A DNA stretch of 64,000 bases from Candidatus Peribacteria bacterium (GCA_041691135.1 JBEPVF010000004.1:64001-128000), one strand, 5' to 3'. Positions 19,820 to 30,170 are shown, numbered from the stretch's first letter. Notes: generated by a model from the letters alone, not told the origin. Numbers and translations: made by a program.

Positions 19820-19969
19820 TTAACCGGCCTGATCGCAAAACAGACCCCATTGCAGTTCTGCCGCCACGCAGCTCGATGTATCAACCACATAGGCGCGATA
19901 CAAAAAAACACTGAGGCCCAGCAGAAGAATACCGAGGGTGGAGGCGAGAGCGCGCTCACTCTTCTTCAT
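19820..19969 (-). CDS. 49-aa single-TM small protein (not in ORF track)
   Basis: MKKSERALASTLGILLLGLSVFLYRAYVVDTSSCVAAELQWGLFCDQAG; TATGAT box 8 nt upstream of the ATG. Confidence 0.55.
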   Translation of the reverse strand: MKKSERALASTLGILLLGLSVFLYRAYVVDTSSCVAAELQWGLFCDQAG

Positions 19970-20048
19970 GGTTCCCTATCATAGAGGATTGGAATATGGA
20001 TGCAATTGGACTACAGGATCCGCTCTTTACCCTGTATCCTAGGCGCAC

Positions 20049-21347
20049 ATGAAGGTTCTTCTGATCCTCGCCGGTCGTTCGCGCCGCTTTTGGCCTCTGA
20101 GCGAGAAGTCGCTCTTTCCGATCTGCGGGAAGCCTCTTCTCGGCCACCAACTGACCCGTCTGCGGGAAGCAGGTTTCGATGACATCACGCTGGTTGGCGG
20201 ATCGCACAATTTACCCGCCATCTCGGCCATGTTCCCCGATCTGCCGACTATTGAGCAGGAAAAACTAGACCTGGGTATGCAGGGGGCATTTTTGAGTGGC
20301 CTGCCCAGCATGGGCAATGGGCCGGTACTCGTCGTCGGTTCAAATGACATTATTGAAACATCAGCATTTGAGGAACTGCGCAAAGCGGCAAGCGAACGTG
20401 GCGTCGCCGGCGCGCTGCTGGCCCAGCGTGTGCAACGGTACTTCCCGGGCGGCTATCTGAAGGTAATCGATGGTAGCATCCAGTCAATTGTAGAAAAACC
20501 AGGTGAAGGAAATGAGCCGAGCGACCTCGTGAACATTGTCGCGCACATCCACAATAAGCCGGCGGAACTTTTGGAAGAACTGCGCAAAGTACATAGCGAT
20601 CGCGACGACGGCTACGAACAGGCGCTTGCTAAGCTCTTCCCACACCACGTCTACCGCGCGGTCCCCTACGAAGGGGATTGGCAAGCCGTAAAGTATAGCT
20701 GGCATCTGTTGCATTTATTGCCGCTCTTACTCAAAGATGTAAAATCCTCCATCCATCCGACCGCACAGATCCACCCAACTGCCGTGATTGATGGACAAGT
20801 GATCATCGAAGAAGGAACGCGCGTTCTGCCCCACGCCACCATCGTCGGCCCGAGTTACATCGGCCGCGGCACAACGATCGGCAACAACGCACTGGTCCGT
20901 GGCTCATCGATCGGCAACCACTGTGTGATCGGTTACAACACGGAGGTGAAGGGCAGCGTACTCGCCAACCATATTTGGACGCACAGTACATATCTCGGCG
21001 ACAGTGTGGTGGCAGACAACGTCGCCTTCGGCGGCGGTTGCATCGCCGGGAATATGCGTCTGGACGAAGAAGAGATCCATTCGCTGTGGGACGGCTCGCA
21101 ACTGCCGAGCGGACTCACTAAGTTTGGCGCGATTATCGGCGAGAACTCCCGACTGGGGATCCAGGTTGGCATGAACCCCGGCATTAAAATCGGCGCCGGC
21201 ACGTTTGTCGCCGGTGGCACCTACGTGACTCAAGATGTAGAAGATCACTCATTTGTGTATACAAAAGACGGCAAACTGACGATCAAACCCAATGAATCGC
21301 AGGCGCCGATTCCCGCCGCCCGGGACAAGTATCGTAAGACGATTTAA
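20049..21347 (+). CDS. Bifunctional sugar-1-phosphate nucleotidylyltransferase/acetyltransferase (archaeal GlmU-like)
   Basis: ILAGRSRRFWP, IVEKP, hexapeptide repeats, YLGDSVV, KFGAIIG. Confidence 0.88.
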   Translation: MKVLLILAGRSRRFWPLSEKSLFPICGKPLLGHQLTRLREAGFDDITLVGGSHNLPAISAMFPDLPTIEQEKLDLGMQGAFLSGLPSMGNGPVLVVGSNDIIETSAFEELRKAASERGVAGALLAQRVQRYFPGGYLKVIDGSIQSIVEKPGEGNEPSDLVNIVAHIHNKPAELLEELRKVHSDRDDGYEQALAKLFPHHVYRAVPYEGDWQAVKYSWHLLHLLPLLLKDVKSSIHPTAQIHPTAVIDGQVIIEEGTRVLPHATIVGPSYIGRGTTIGNNALVRGSSIGNHCVIGYNTEVKGSVLANHIWTHSTYLGDSVVADNVAFGGGCIAGNMRLDEEEIHSLWDGSQLPSGLTKFGAIIGENSRLGIQVGMNPGIKIGAGTFVAGGTYVTQDVEDHSFVYTKDGKLTIKPNESQAPIPAARDKYRKTI

Positions 21348-21392
21348 ACCCTATAAAATAGGCGTATTAGGCTGTAGGATACTTTTCGTCTG

Positions 21393-21770
21393 TTTTCCAC
21401 ATAGTTATCCACACCCTGTGGATAACCAAGACTTCTCCACTTATCCACAGGCACTGTGGATAACTTTTTTACACAGGCCTGCTTCGCCAGCAGGGGTTGT
21501 CCACATAAAAATAGACTTTTTGTTATCTGGAAGCCAAAACAGTAATTTTGAATCCAGCACTCATCTTTGGATTTTCATTTCGATACTTATCCACATGCCT
21601 CCCACACAACTCTTGTATACAACCTATGCGAACTTTCTCTTCTGTAAGACAAATGTAAAAAATCTTTACAAGCACTTTCCACAGAATACACTCTGATTAT
21701 CGGTGGTTGGGAAGAGGTCATGATTACTACTAATTCAATATATTAAATTATCTATTTATATAATAAGGAT
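21393..21770. other. Chromosomal replication origin (oriC)
   Basis: Perfect DnaA boxes at 21405, 21417, 21441, 21455 and 21587, plus several 1-2 mismatch boxes (21393, 21497, 21675). TACTACTAAT trio-like tract and AT-rich DUE at ~21720-21770, immediately upstream of dnaN. Confidence 0.9.
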
Positions 21771-21772
21771 TT

Positions 21773-22930
21773 ATGAAATTTTCCTGCAACACACCGGATC
21801 TTCTGAACGCGTTGCACTTGGTACATCGTGCAATTGGAAATCAACAAGCACTTCCTATTCTTGGAAATGTACTTTTAGAAGTGCAGGGAAATGTCTGCAC
21901 ACTCAGTGCAACGGATTTGGAACTAAGTATTATCACAAAATTTCCAGCCACCATTGAATCAGAAGGACGCATTACAATTCCCGCCAAGGCAATAGTGAAC
22001 TTTGCACAATACAATACAGATCCAGAGGTCACTATTGAGGTGGTAAATGAATCACAGGTGCGTTGTGTTTCAAAGCATGCCAAAACAGTCATTGGGGGTG
22101 AATCGGCGAGTGATTACCCAACCATTACAGCAATGGAGAAACAACAGTCATTCACATTGGAAATTGATTCCTTCCTACATGCTCTACATCTGGTGACATT
22201 CGCCTCGGCAAAAACCAGCCTGCGACCGGTTCTCTCGGGTGTGTATTTGAAGGGCGAGGGCGACAAGGTGGTGATGGTGGCGACGGACAGTTACCGGTTA
22301 TCAGAGTGCAGGATTCCCGCCAGTGGCATAGCGGCCGAGCTGACTTGTATTATTCCCACGAAGATTTTGGATGAGGTGAAGGTAATTCTCAGTTCAGCCA
22401 AAGGGGATAAGAAAAAAGAGAAGGGCGAGGAGAAGCCAGTAGAGAATCCAGTGGTGACGACGGAGGTCATTCTCAGTCGCCAGCAGGTGGAGTTTCAAAT
22501 AGGAAATACGCGCCTTTTGTCGCGCCTTATTGACGGCAAGTTTCCGGATTATCATCAGATCATCCCCAAGGAATACCAGACGACCGTTGAATTCTCGGTG
22601 GCCGAACTGCTGCCGACCGTGCGGCGTATGCACTACTTTGCCAAGGAAATTAACAATAACCTCACATTTAGCCTGGAAAAGGAGCAGGTAAAGATAGCGA
22701 CCCCACAGACCCAAATAGGCAAAGATGAAGCATATTTGGCTGCGACCATCGAAGGAGGCGAGAATAAGATTGCGCTTAGCTCCTCCTATCTATTAGACTT
22801 CCTGGGACACATCGATGCGGAAAAGGTAGTCATGCAGATGAGTGATAGTCAGCGTCCGGCCATCTTCCGTTTGCCGGACGAAAGTGATTTTCTTCACCTC
22901 ATCATGCCACTGCGAATGCAGGAATCGTAA
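21773..22930 (+). CDS. dnaN: DNA polymerase III beta clamp
   Basis: LPILGNVLL, LSATDLE, RPVLSGV, VATDSYRL, SRLIDGKFPDY, LIMPLR. Confidence 0.97.
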   Translation: MKFSCNTPDLLNALHLVHRAIGNQQALPILGNVLLEVQGNVCTLSATDLELSIITKFPATIESEGRITIPAKAIVNFAQYNTDPEVTIEVVNESQVRCVSKHAKTVIGGESASDYPTITAMEKQQSFTLEIDSFLHALHLVTFASAKTSLRPVLSGVYLKGEGDKVVMVATDSYRLSECRIPASGIAAELTCIIPTKILDEVKVILSSAKGDKKKEKGEEKPVENPVVTTEVILSRQQVEFQIGNTRLLSRLIDGKFPDYHQIIPKEYQTTVEFSVAELLPTVRRMHYFAKEINNNLTFSLEKEQVKIATPQTQIGKDEAYLAATIEGGENKIALSSSYLLDFLGHIDAEKVVMQMSDSQRPAIFRLPDESDFLHLIMPLRMQES

Positions 22931-23029
22931 ATCGTGTCTTCTTTTCATTCTTCGTATAGAAAGTACTTCATTGCGCGCTAGAAATAGAGAATTGGCGGCA
23001 ATGGAGCAGAGTCATCATTTTTTTTGGTC

Positions 23030-26000
23030 ATGAAGTCTTCTCTCCTTCTCGGGAAGGATACACATCGGGAATTGAGCGACCTGCTCCGGTCTGATCGGAA
23101 GCTGGTGATTTCGGGTGCGTCCAACGAGACGGCCAAGGCCCTTCTACTCTCGCATCTTTTGGGGTTCCATAATCAGCCCTGTTTACTCGTCACGCAGAAC
23201 GAAGCCGGGCGCGAAGCGCTCCAGCACTGGTTACACTTTTTTGAGTGTGAGGCGCATGTTCTGTCGCCGGTGCAGGATGCCGAGGACCGGGTGATCCCCG
23301 CCCACCTGCAGATGTATATGTTCCTGATGCAGGGAAATGGAATGCAGGGCGATAAGCATCCGATTTTTATTATCACGCGCGATGAATGGGGGGTGGAATT
23401 TCCGTTGTTCACCGAGATGCAGCAGCGCAGTATCAGCCTCAAGCAAGGCGAGCCCATGAACTTCACCGCTCTTTTTGAATCATTCATTGATCGTGGTTAC
23501 CGCCATGGTGATGACTTATATCTGAGTCCCGGCGAGTACCGTCGTATAGGCGACACGCTTGATATCTTTCCCATTCAATCGGCGGCGCCATACCGTGTCA
23601 CGTTTGATTTCGACAAGGTCGACAAAATCCTGCAGGTGGATATGACGGACTACTCGAAAACCACGGATGTGGGAACGACGCTGATGATCGCACCGGTTGT
23701 GTACAGCACTACAAAGCTTCTTGAGCATCAGTTGCCCAAACAAGTGCTGCTGGTCCTGGATGATCAGGATGAGGTACCGGCACCGGCCGGAGCGGAGACG
23801 CTGCGTTTCACATCCTTTCCTGAATCACAGGATCATCACGCGCACTTGCGCTATCTGTCGGTCCTGAAATTCTACACCCTCACTGACTTCTTGAATGACG
23901 TCCGTGACAAGCTCCAGCAGAACTGGCGGCTGATTGTCGTCACCAAGCGGAGCGACGAGCTACAGGGCATCCTGAAGGAAGAGAAGGTGCCATTTTCGCT
24001 GGAAGACGAATCGCGGCAGGGGGCGATGACGCTCATTCATGCCAAAGAGGACGATCTGCTCCCCCACTCGCTGCAGAATCCGGATCTCCAATGCGCACTT
24101 CTCACCGACCGCGAGATTTTCTCGCTCAAGAAAGCGGGCAAGCAGCGCAGTGTGCAGAAACTGGCGCTCGACTTCATCACGTCACTTCAGGCCGGAGACT
24201 ATGTGGTGCATATGGACCACGGTATCGGGCACTTCGAAGGCATGACGCAGAAGACGGTGGATGAGGTGACGCGCGAATACCTGGAACTCAGTTACGCCGG
24301 CGGCGATAAATTGTTTATTCCGGTGGACCAGGCCGACAAGCTGAGCAAGTTCGTCCATGAAGAAGGTGAAGAGCCGGTGCTCACGCGGCTCGGAACGATT
24401 GAATGGAAGAAGGTGTCTGAAAAGATGCGTCAGGAGACGAAAGAAATTGCGAAAGAATTGCTGAATTTGTACGCCCAGCGGGCAAAGGCGAAGGGGCATA
24501 GTTATCCAGAGGATTCGGATATGCTGCGTAAATTCGAGGCCAATTTCCCATATCAGGAAACACCTGGTCAGATGAAAGCGATTCAGGACATCAAGGCTGA
24601 CATGGAGAGCGAGCACCCGATGGACCGTCTCGTCTGCGGCGATGTGGGATTTGGAAAAACGGAAGTCGCGATGCGTGCCGCGTTCAAGGCCGCCGCGTCG
24701 GGCAAGCAGGTCGCGGTGATCGCGCCGATCACCATCTTGGCCGACCAACATTACCGAAACTTCGAAGACCGTATGAAGGGTTTCCCGCTCAAGGTGGAAA
24801 TGCTCAGCCGCTTCCGCAGTGCCGCGCAGCAGAAAGTGATTCTGGAAAAATTGCGCAAAGGCGATGTCGATATTGTTATTGGCACGCATCGGTTGCTGCA
24901 GGACGATGTGAAATTCTTGAATCTGGGACTGGTGATCATCGATGAAGAGCAGCGCTTCGGCGTGAAGCAGAAGGAAAAATTCAAAGAAATGCGCTCATCA
25001 GTTGATATTCTCACGCTCACGGCAACACCCATTCCGCGCACGCTGAATTTGGGTCTGCACAAATTGCGCGACATCACGACGATCACGACGCCACCACCCG
25101 GACGCCTGCCGATCATCACCGAAGTGCGAAAATATTCCGATGAACTCGTGCGCCAGGCGATCCTGGCCGAGGTCAAACGCGACGGACAGTGTTTCGTTCT
25201 CCATAACCGCGTCGAGACGATCGATGCATTCGCCGACAAGCTGCGCGCCCTCATTCCTGAAGCGACATTCATCGTCGGACACGGGCAACTGAAGCCGGAA
25301 CAGTTGGAAGAACGCATCGTGGCGTTCAAGGCGGGCAAGTACAACGTCCTTGTCAGTTCCACCATCATCGAGAACGGCATCGACTTGCCGCGCGCCAATA
25401 CGCTGATTGTAAATGAGGCGGAGCGGTTTGGACTGAGCCAGTTGTACCAGCTGCGTGGCCGTGTGGGCCGTGGGAAGGTCCAGGCGTACGCGTACTTCCT
25501 CTACCATACCCAGCGCCTCAAAGACGACGCCAAGAAGCGTCTGCGCGCGATTGTGGAGGCATGTGAACTCGGGTCGGGATTCCAAGTGGCGATGCGCGAC
25601 CTGGAGATCCGCGGCGCCGGCGAAATTCTGGGCGCGAGTCAGTCGGGTACGATGCAGACGGTGGGAGTGAGTCACTACCTGCGCATGCTCAAGCAGGCGG
25701 TGGAAGAACTGAAAGGCGGCAAGCGCGACGAAGTGGAAGCCGAAGTGGAAGTGGAGATCCAACTTCCGGTCGAGGCATTCATTCCATCATTCTATGTGCC
25801 GGATGATCAGGAAAAAATTTCGGTGTACCAAAAGCTGGCTGGCTCAGAAGACGAAGCGATTCTTTCCGAATTCGATGCCGACCTTCGCGACGAGTACGGC
25901 GAACCGCCCGAGCAGGTGAAGGATCTGTTCCGCATCCTGCGACTCAAGATGGCCGCCCGGCGGGCCGGTGTGCAGCGCATCAAGATGGAAGACCGCAGTG

Positions 26001-26236
26001 CAGGCGGCGACATTGTCCTCACGCTGAGTCCTCATGTGACGGCCGCCGAGATCATGCAGCTTCTGCGCGTCAACTCACTCTGGAAGATCAGCGGCACCAC
26101 ACTCCGCATCGGTTTCCAGACCATGCAGAACAAAGCTAAAGGAAAGCATTGGTTGGAGGAATTATCTGAAGAAATCACATTATTGCGGAAGGAGAAGAAG
26201 CCAAAAAAAGAGAAGAAAGAAGAAGTGGAGGCATAA
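23030..26236 (+). CDS. mfd: Transcription-repair coupling factor
   Basis: GDYVVHMDHGIG (RID), MDRLVCGDVGFGKTEVAMRAAF, DEEQRFG, TATPIPRTL, QLRGRVGR, DLEIRGAG. Confidence 0.97.
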   Translation: MKSSLLLGKDTHRELSDLLRSDRKLVISGASNETAKALLLSHLLGFHNQPCLLVTQNEAGREALQHWLHFFECEAHVLSPVQDAEDRVIPAHLQMYMFLMQGNGMQGDKHPIFIITRDEWGVEFPLFTEMQQRSISLKQGEPMNFTALFESFIDRGYRHGDDLYLSPGEYRRIGDTLDIFPIQSAAPYRVTFDFDKVDKILQVDMTDYSKTTDVGTTLMIAPVVYSTTKLLEHQLPKQVLLVLDDQDEVPAPAGAETLRFTSFPESQDHHAHLRYLSVLKFYTLTDFLNDVRDKLQQNWRLIVVTKRSDELQGILKEEKVPFSLEDESRQGAMTLIHAKEDDLLPHSLQNPDLQCALLTDREIFSLKKAGKQRSVQKLALDFITSLQAGDYVVHMDHGIGHFEGMTQKTVDEVTREYLELSYAGGDKLFIPVDQADKLSKFVHEEGEEPVLTRLGTIEWKKVSEKMRQETKEIAKELLNLYAQRAKAKGHSYPEDSDMLRKFEANFPYQETPGQMKAIQDIKADMESEHPMDRLVCGDVGFGKTEVAMRAAFKAAASGKQVAVIAPITILADQHYRNFEDRMKGFPLKVEMLSRFRSAAQQKVILEKLRKGDVDIVIGTHRLLQDDVKFLNLGLVIIDEEQRFGVKQKEKFKEMRSSVDILTLTATPIPRTLNLGLHKLRDITTITTPPPGRLPIITEVRKYSDELVRQAILAEVKRDGQCFVLHNRVETIDAFADKLRALIPEATFIVGHGQLKPEQLEERIVAFKAGKYNVLVSSTIIENGIDLPRANTLIVNEAERFGLSQLYQLRGRVGRGKVQAYAYFLYHTQRLKDDAKKRLRAIVEACELGSGFQVAMRDLEIRGAGEILGASQSGTMQTVGVSHYLRMLKQAVEELKGGKRDEVEAEVEVEIQLPVEAFIPSFYVPDDQEKISVYQKLAGSEDEAILSEFDADLRDEYGEPPEQVKDLFRILRLKMAARRAGVQRIKMEDRSAGGDIVLTLSPHVTAAEIMQLLRVNSLWKISGTTLRIGFQTMQNKAKGKHWLEELSEEITLLRKEKKPKKEKKEEVEA

Positions 26237-26278
26237 AGATCGCCTCTCCTCGCACTCTCTGCATGCTTTTGCTCGCCA

Positions 26279-26307
26279 TTGAGCAAAATCCTATTTTCGG
26301 CTATACT
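26279..26307 (+). promoter_or_regulatory. Sigma70-type promoter
   Basis: TTGAGC-17 nt-TATACT. Confidence 0.6.
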
Positions 26308-26317
26308 ATAAAGAAAC

Positions 26318-26650
26318 ATGACAAAAACAGACCCGCCACGTATTCCAACCGGCCAAGAGCTCTTCGATTCGATCATGGAGCACATTGAGCCCGAGCTCAC
26401 ATCACAAGGTGTGAAGAAATTGGCAGAAACATATAAAAATGAAACACCTGCTGATCAGGCTACGCGAAAGCAGCGCTACGAGCTGGCGTTCGAACGGTAT
26501 GAGCAGGCATATCAGGGATACTTGGATACGTTGCAGGCACAAGTTGAGCGCTACCGGCATGAATCATTCCGACAAGTGGAACTGGAAGATCAAAATAAGG
26601 AGCAGAGTGTCATGCAACGGTTACAGCAATCTATTTTTCAAATCGCCTAA
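26318..26650 (+). CDS. Small helical hypothetical protein, paralogue of 34160-34507
   Basis: Shares D.IM..IEPELT......L..TYKNETP....TR..RY with the second copy. Confidence 0.85.
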   Translation: MTKTDPPRIPTGQELFDSIMEHIEPELTSQGVKKLAETYKNETPADQATRKQRYELAFERYEQAYQGYLDTLQAQVERYRHESFRQVELEDQNKEQSVMQRLQQSIFQIA

Positions 26651-27159
26651 TGCCTTTTTCTTCTCATCCAGATTGGCACGAGCGTCGCACTCTCCGGTTT
26701 GGACCGGCATTCGGACCTGAGCAAGCTGATAGGGATATTAAAAAAATGGAAACGCAAGACACACCCGAAGCAGCTGATGCTCAGTCCAGGGAAAAGAAGG
26801 AAGACCCGGAGACAATGGACTCGTTGATGAAGAAGCGGGAGGAAAAAGTTGCAGCGCTTGATCGAAAACTCGAAGCGACGCGATCAAGGGCTGAATCGAC
26901 TCCTAGCGAAGCCAAAACACTAACTGAGAGAAATGCCAAGAACCAGGCACTTGAAACCGATCTGAATGCCGGCAAAGATGCCACACTTGTTGGATTAGCG
27001 ATGCCAGACTCCCATGCTCCTGAGGCATATCCGGATCCACAGCAGGGCAAGGTGCTCACCGCCAAGGTGGAAGCCGATGTGGCGGTAGAAGGCGCGAACA
27101 AGGCGGATGATGCCAAGAAAACAGAACAGCCTAAGGGCCCGGAAACGCTGACAGCGTAA
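26650..27159 (+). CDS. Charged, low-complexity hypothetical protein
   Basis: TAATG overlap with the upstream gene; N-terminus MPFSSHPDWHERRTLRF. Confidence 0.75.
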   Translation: MPFSSHPDWHERRTLRFGPAFGPEQADRDIKKMETQDTPEAADAQSREKKEDPETMDSLMKKREEKVAALDRKLEATRSRAESTPSEAKTLTERNAKNQALETDLNAGKDATLVGLAMPDSHAPEAYPDPQQGKVLTAKVEADVAVEGANKADDAKKTEQPKGPETLTA

Positions 27160-27225
27160 GGTGTCTGATCTCGATGCGTCACAACATGTATGGTTGAGCA
27201 GCCCGTGCGTGCACAGGTAAATCAT

Positions 27226-27501
27226 ATGAAGACATTTTTCTGGCACCTGTTTATTTTTCTCGGAGGGATCGTCATTCTCTTAATTCTGAATACGCTCACC
27301 GGTTTTGATCTGCTGTGGTTTTTATGGCCGGCAGGAGTCTGGAGCGTATTGATACTTTTGCATGCGACGTATGCTTTCGTATTTACCCGGGCATTCGTAA
27401 CCGAGCGGCAGGAAGAAAAATCCACGCAGGTGCTGGCGCAGGAAACGAATGTGGTGGAGGCGGCCAAAGAAACAGTCGCACCGGAGCTGGCGAGCAAATG
27501 A
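27226..27501 (+). CDS. 2TM-domain membrane protein
   Basis: F.WH....LN......WFLWP...W...I..H pattern typical of the 2TM family. Start could be 27190. Confidence 0.7.
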   Translation: MKTFFWHLFIFLGGIVILLILNTLTGFDLLWFLWPAGVWSVLILLHATYAFVFTRAFVTERQEEKSTQVLAQETNVVEAAKETVAPELASK

Positions 27502-27527
27502 CGGGTGCTGAACGGAGAGGGGGCAGA

Positions 27528-28268
27528 CTACTTTTCGTCCAGCCAGGTATAAACCAAATCGGTCGTCGATGCCGGAAGAGTGCCATCCCACTTGTCGCCC
27601 GTTGCAACAGTCGTGTCTTTGGGCGCGATGGTTTTGATGAAGTCATACTTCAGCTGTAGCGCCTTACTTTTCTTTGCACGCTCTTCGAAGGCGTCGTGGG
27701 CCAGCAGGTAGTATGCGAACGATTCGGCGAAGTCCTCGATGGGATTGGTCATCGCGTAATCGGTGACAAAGTCGCGCGTCTTGGCGTCCGGCTTCATTCT
27801 TGTCGAATCAGTCCACGAAATCGTGTAGAACGTGTAGCTCGGGTCATCACGGAATGTCGGCAGGGTGCGGAAGGTGAAGGCGGTGGATTTGCCGCGCGGA
27901 TTGCCGGTGAGCGCACGAAAATCCAAAATGTGACCGTATTCATGAATGATCGTCGCGCGCTTGGCATTCTGTTCGGCCGTCCCATCAATCCACATATCAC
28001 CGTAGGTGCTGGTGAAGCCGCTCAGCTGATTGGCGTTGGTCGTGTCGTAATGGAAGTTGATCGAACGCACGTACTGTTTGGCGTTCGGTGCGATTGTACG
28101 AAAGGTGCTGAGGGCGAGGGCGCAATCGGCAGGTTCACCAGCACAGGGAATCTCGGGTGCCGGGAGTTCGGCTTGCCGTCGCAGCCGGTCGCCAATGCTG
28201 AGAGCCAGCAAAATGCCGCCAAGAAGAATTGCGGCAAAAGCCAGCCAGAAGAAACGGGAGCGACGCAT
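27528..28268 (-). CDS. Membrane-anchored zinc metallopeptidase
   Basis: N-terminal TM, HEYGH (HExxH), FVTDYAMTNPIEDFAESF. Confidence 0.85.
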   Translation of the reverse strand: MRRSRFFWLAFAAILLGGILLALSIGDRLRRQAELPAPEIPCAGEPADCALALSTFRTIAPNAKQYVRSINFHYDTTNANQLSGFTSTYGDMWIDGTAEQNAKRATIIHEYGHILDFRALTGNPRGKSTAFTFRTLPTFRDDPSYTFYTISWTDSTRMKPDAKTRDFVTDYAMTNPIEDFAESFAYYLLAHDAFEERAKKSKALQLKYDFIKTIAPKDTTVATGDKWDGTLPASTTDLVYTWLDEK

Positions 28269-28364
28269 GGGGGTGAGCTGATGGTAGCGAGAGACGGGCG
28301 AAAGTCGAAGGGCGTTCGTCCGTCAGGGCTACTCACACGCTTTTTCTGCAGGTATTCTCGTCCT

Positions 28365-30170
28365 ATGTTAAAACGTTTCGCCGATCGGCTGGCCTGGTGG
28401 CACATTGCCCTGTTCATTGTGGCGGTGTGTGCCCTGCTGTACGGACCCTCGGTGACCGATAAATTTGTGAGCCTAGACGACGGACTGCTCATCACCGACA
28501 ACCCTGCGATACAAGAGCTGTCGCCTGCCACGCTCAAGCGCGTCTTCACCACGTACGATCCCGAGCTTTACGATCCGCTCACGCTAATGACATACCAGGT
28601 TGAGCATGCACTATTCGGATTTCGTCCGGGCGTATTCCATTTGGATAACCTGATCCTCCACACGCTCAATGCACTGCTGGTCTTTGCTGTGATGCTGCAG
28701 CTCTTCCGCCGCAAGGGCGTGGCGGCAGCAACAGCTCTTCTGTTCGCCGTGCATCCGTTGCAGACCGAAGCGGTGCTATGGGCGGCGGCGCGCAAAGACC
28801 TCCTCTCGACATTTTTCTTTCTCTCGTCCCTCGGTTCGTATCTCCTCTGGCGCGAACGCGAGGAGAAGTGGTTTTCCTTTTTCAGTGTTGCACTCTTTGT
28901 GCTTGGCCTGTTCGCCAAAGTCACAGTCATCACGCTGCCGATCGTGTTGCTTCTCATCGATTGGAAACGGCATCGGTCCTTGCCGCGTGCCGTTGCCGAA
29001 AAGTGGCCGTACTGGCTGGCTGCCATCATTTTTGGCATCGTGGCCATCTTTGGAAAACGCGAAGTGCTCGCCGATTCCGGATTGTGGAGCAATTTCCTGC
29101 TGGCCTGCAAGAGCGCCGTCTTCTATCTGTGGCATTTACTGATACCGACCGGATTCACGATCATCTATCCGCAGCACACACCCGTCACGCTTGCAGCACC
29201 GGAATTTCTCGTGCCCGTTCTCATTGTTCTTGCACTCGTGGCAGTCATCATCGCATCACTGCGTAGGTTCCCTGTCGTTTCCTTTGCCCTCGCATTCTAC
29301 TTGGTCACACTCGTGCCGAACTTCACCAACTTCGTCAAAGACGGTGTCACCTATTTTGCCTCTGATCGTTACGCCTACATTCCGAGTATCGGTATCTTCC
29401 TGCTGGTGGCATTGGCAGTCGCGTGGTTGTACGAGCATAAACCATTCGGCAAATGGGGCGCCCGCGCGATAGATGCCGTCGTCATTTGCGTCTTTGTGGG
29501 ACTCATCGGTCTGGCACGCGTGCAGGCCGACACATGGATCGATAGCGAGACGCTGTACACGCAGGCGTTGTCGATTGCACCATCCACGTTGGCATACAAC
29601 AACCTCGGCGATTTCTATATGAAGAATAACCGTCCCGAACTCGCCAAAGATCAGTTTATCGCAGCCATCTCACTGGATCCCACCTACGAGCGTGCCTATA
29701 ACAATCTCGGCAACTACTACCGTGACCAGGGCGATTACGAGGAGGCGATGCGTGTGTATCGTCAGGCCATCAAGTCGCTGGGTGCTGGCCCCATCACCAG
29801 CATTGAGTACTTGGCGCCGTACTATTACTTGGGCGAAACGCTGGAGCTCCTGGGTCGTAGTGATGAAGCGCTGAAGCAGTTCGAGGCGGCAGTTGCACGT
29901 GCGCCGGACCGAGCCGAGCCGCACTACAATCTGGGTTTGCAGTTGGAGAAATCGGAAAAAACAGAGGGCGCGACTGCGGAATACCAGAAGGCGGTGGCAA
30001 TCGATCCGGGTTACATCCCCGCCCAGTACCATCTGGCCGGCCTGCTCGCCGAGAGTGGCAAACTCCAGGAGGCCGCAGCGGCGCTAGAAGCGGTCGTACG
30101 CGTGAATCCGAACTACGAAAAAGCGACGGAGCACCTGCAGGACATTCGCGCCTTGTTGCGCGGTCAGTAG
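28365..30170 (+). CDS. TMTC-like GT-C membrane glycosyltransferase with C-terminal TPR repeats
   Basis: FVSLDD..I..N, FH..NLILH, LFAVHPLQTEAV.W, DRYAYIP, then TPRs (AYNNLG). ATG lies 6 nt after TATTCT. Confidence 0.85.
   Translation: MLKRFADRLAWWHIALFIVAVCALLYGPSVTDKFVSLDDGLLITDNPAIQELSPATLKRVFTTYDPELYDPLTLMTYQVEHALFGFRPGVFHLDNLILHTLNALLVFAVMLQLFRRKGVAAATALLFAVHPLQTEAVLWAAARKDLLSTFFFLSSLGSYLLWREREEKWFSFFSVALFVLGLFAKVTVITLPIVLLLIDWKRHRSLPRAVAEKWPYWLAAIIFGIVAIFGKREVLADSGLWSNFLLACKSAVFYLWHLLIPTGFTIIYPQHTPVTLAAPEFLVPVLIVLALVAVIIASLRRFPVVSFALAFYLVTLVPNFTNFVKDGVTYFASDRYAYIPSIGIFLLVALAVAWLYEHKPFGKWGARAIDAVVICVFVGLIGLARVQADTWIDSETLYTQALSIAPSTLAYNNLGDFYMKNNRPELAKDQFIAAISLDPTYERAYNNLGNYYRDQGDYEEAMRVYRQAIKSLGAGPITSIEYLAPYYYLGETLELLGRSDEALKQFEAAVARAPDRAEPHYNLGLQLEKSEKTEGATAEYQKAVAIDPGYIPAQYHLAGLLAESGKLQEAAAALEAVVRVNPNYEKATEHLQDIRALLRGQ

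Noticed and set aside
21390-21600. CRISPR-like repeat array
   Set aside because: Repeats are 9-bp DnaA boxes in both orientations; no 25-45 bp repeats with spacers and no cas genes.
21292-21696. 134-aa ORF across the origin
   Set aside because: Translation of DnaA boxes (YPH, YPQ, WIT); not protein-like.
27696-28364. N-terminal extensions in the ORF track (also 15155, 10433, 50751, 60622, 63994)
   Set aside because: They overlap opposite-strand or upstream genes; internal starts fit signal peptides, overlaps and -10 spacing better.
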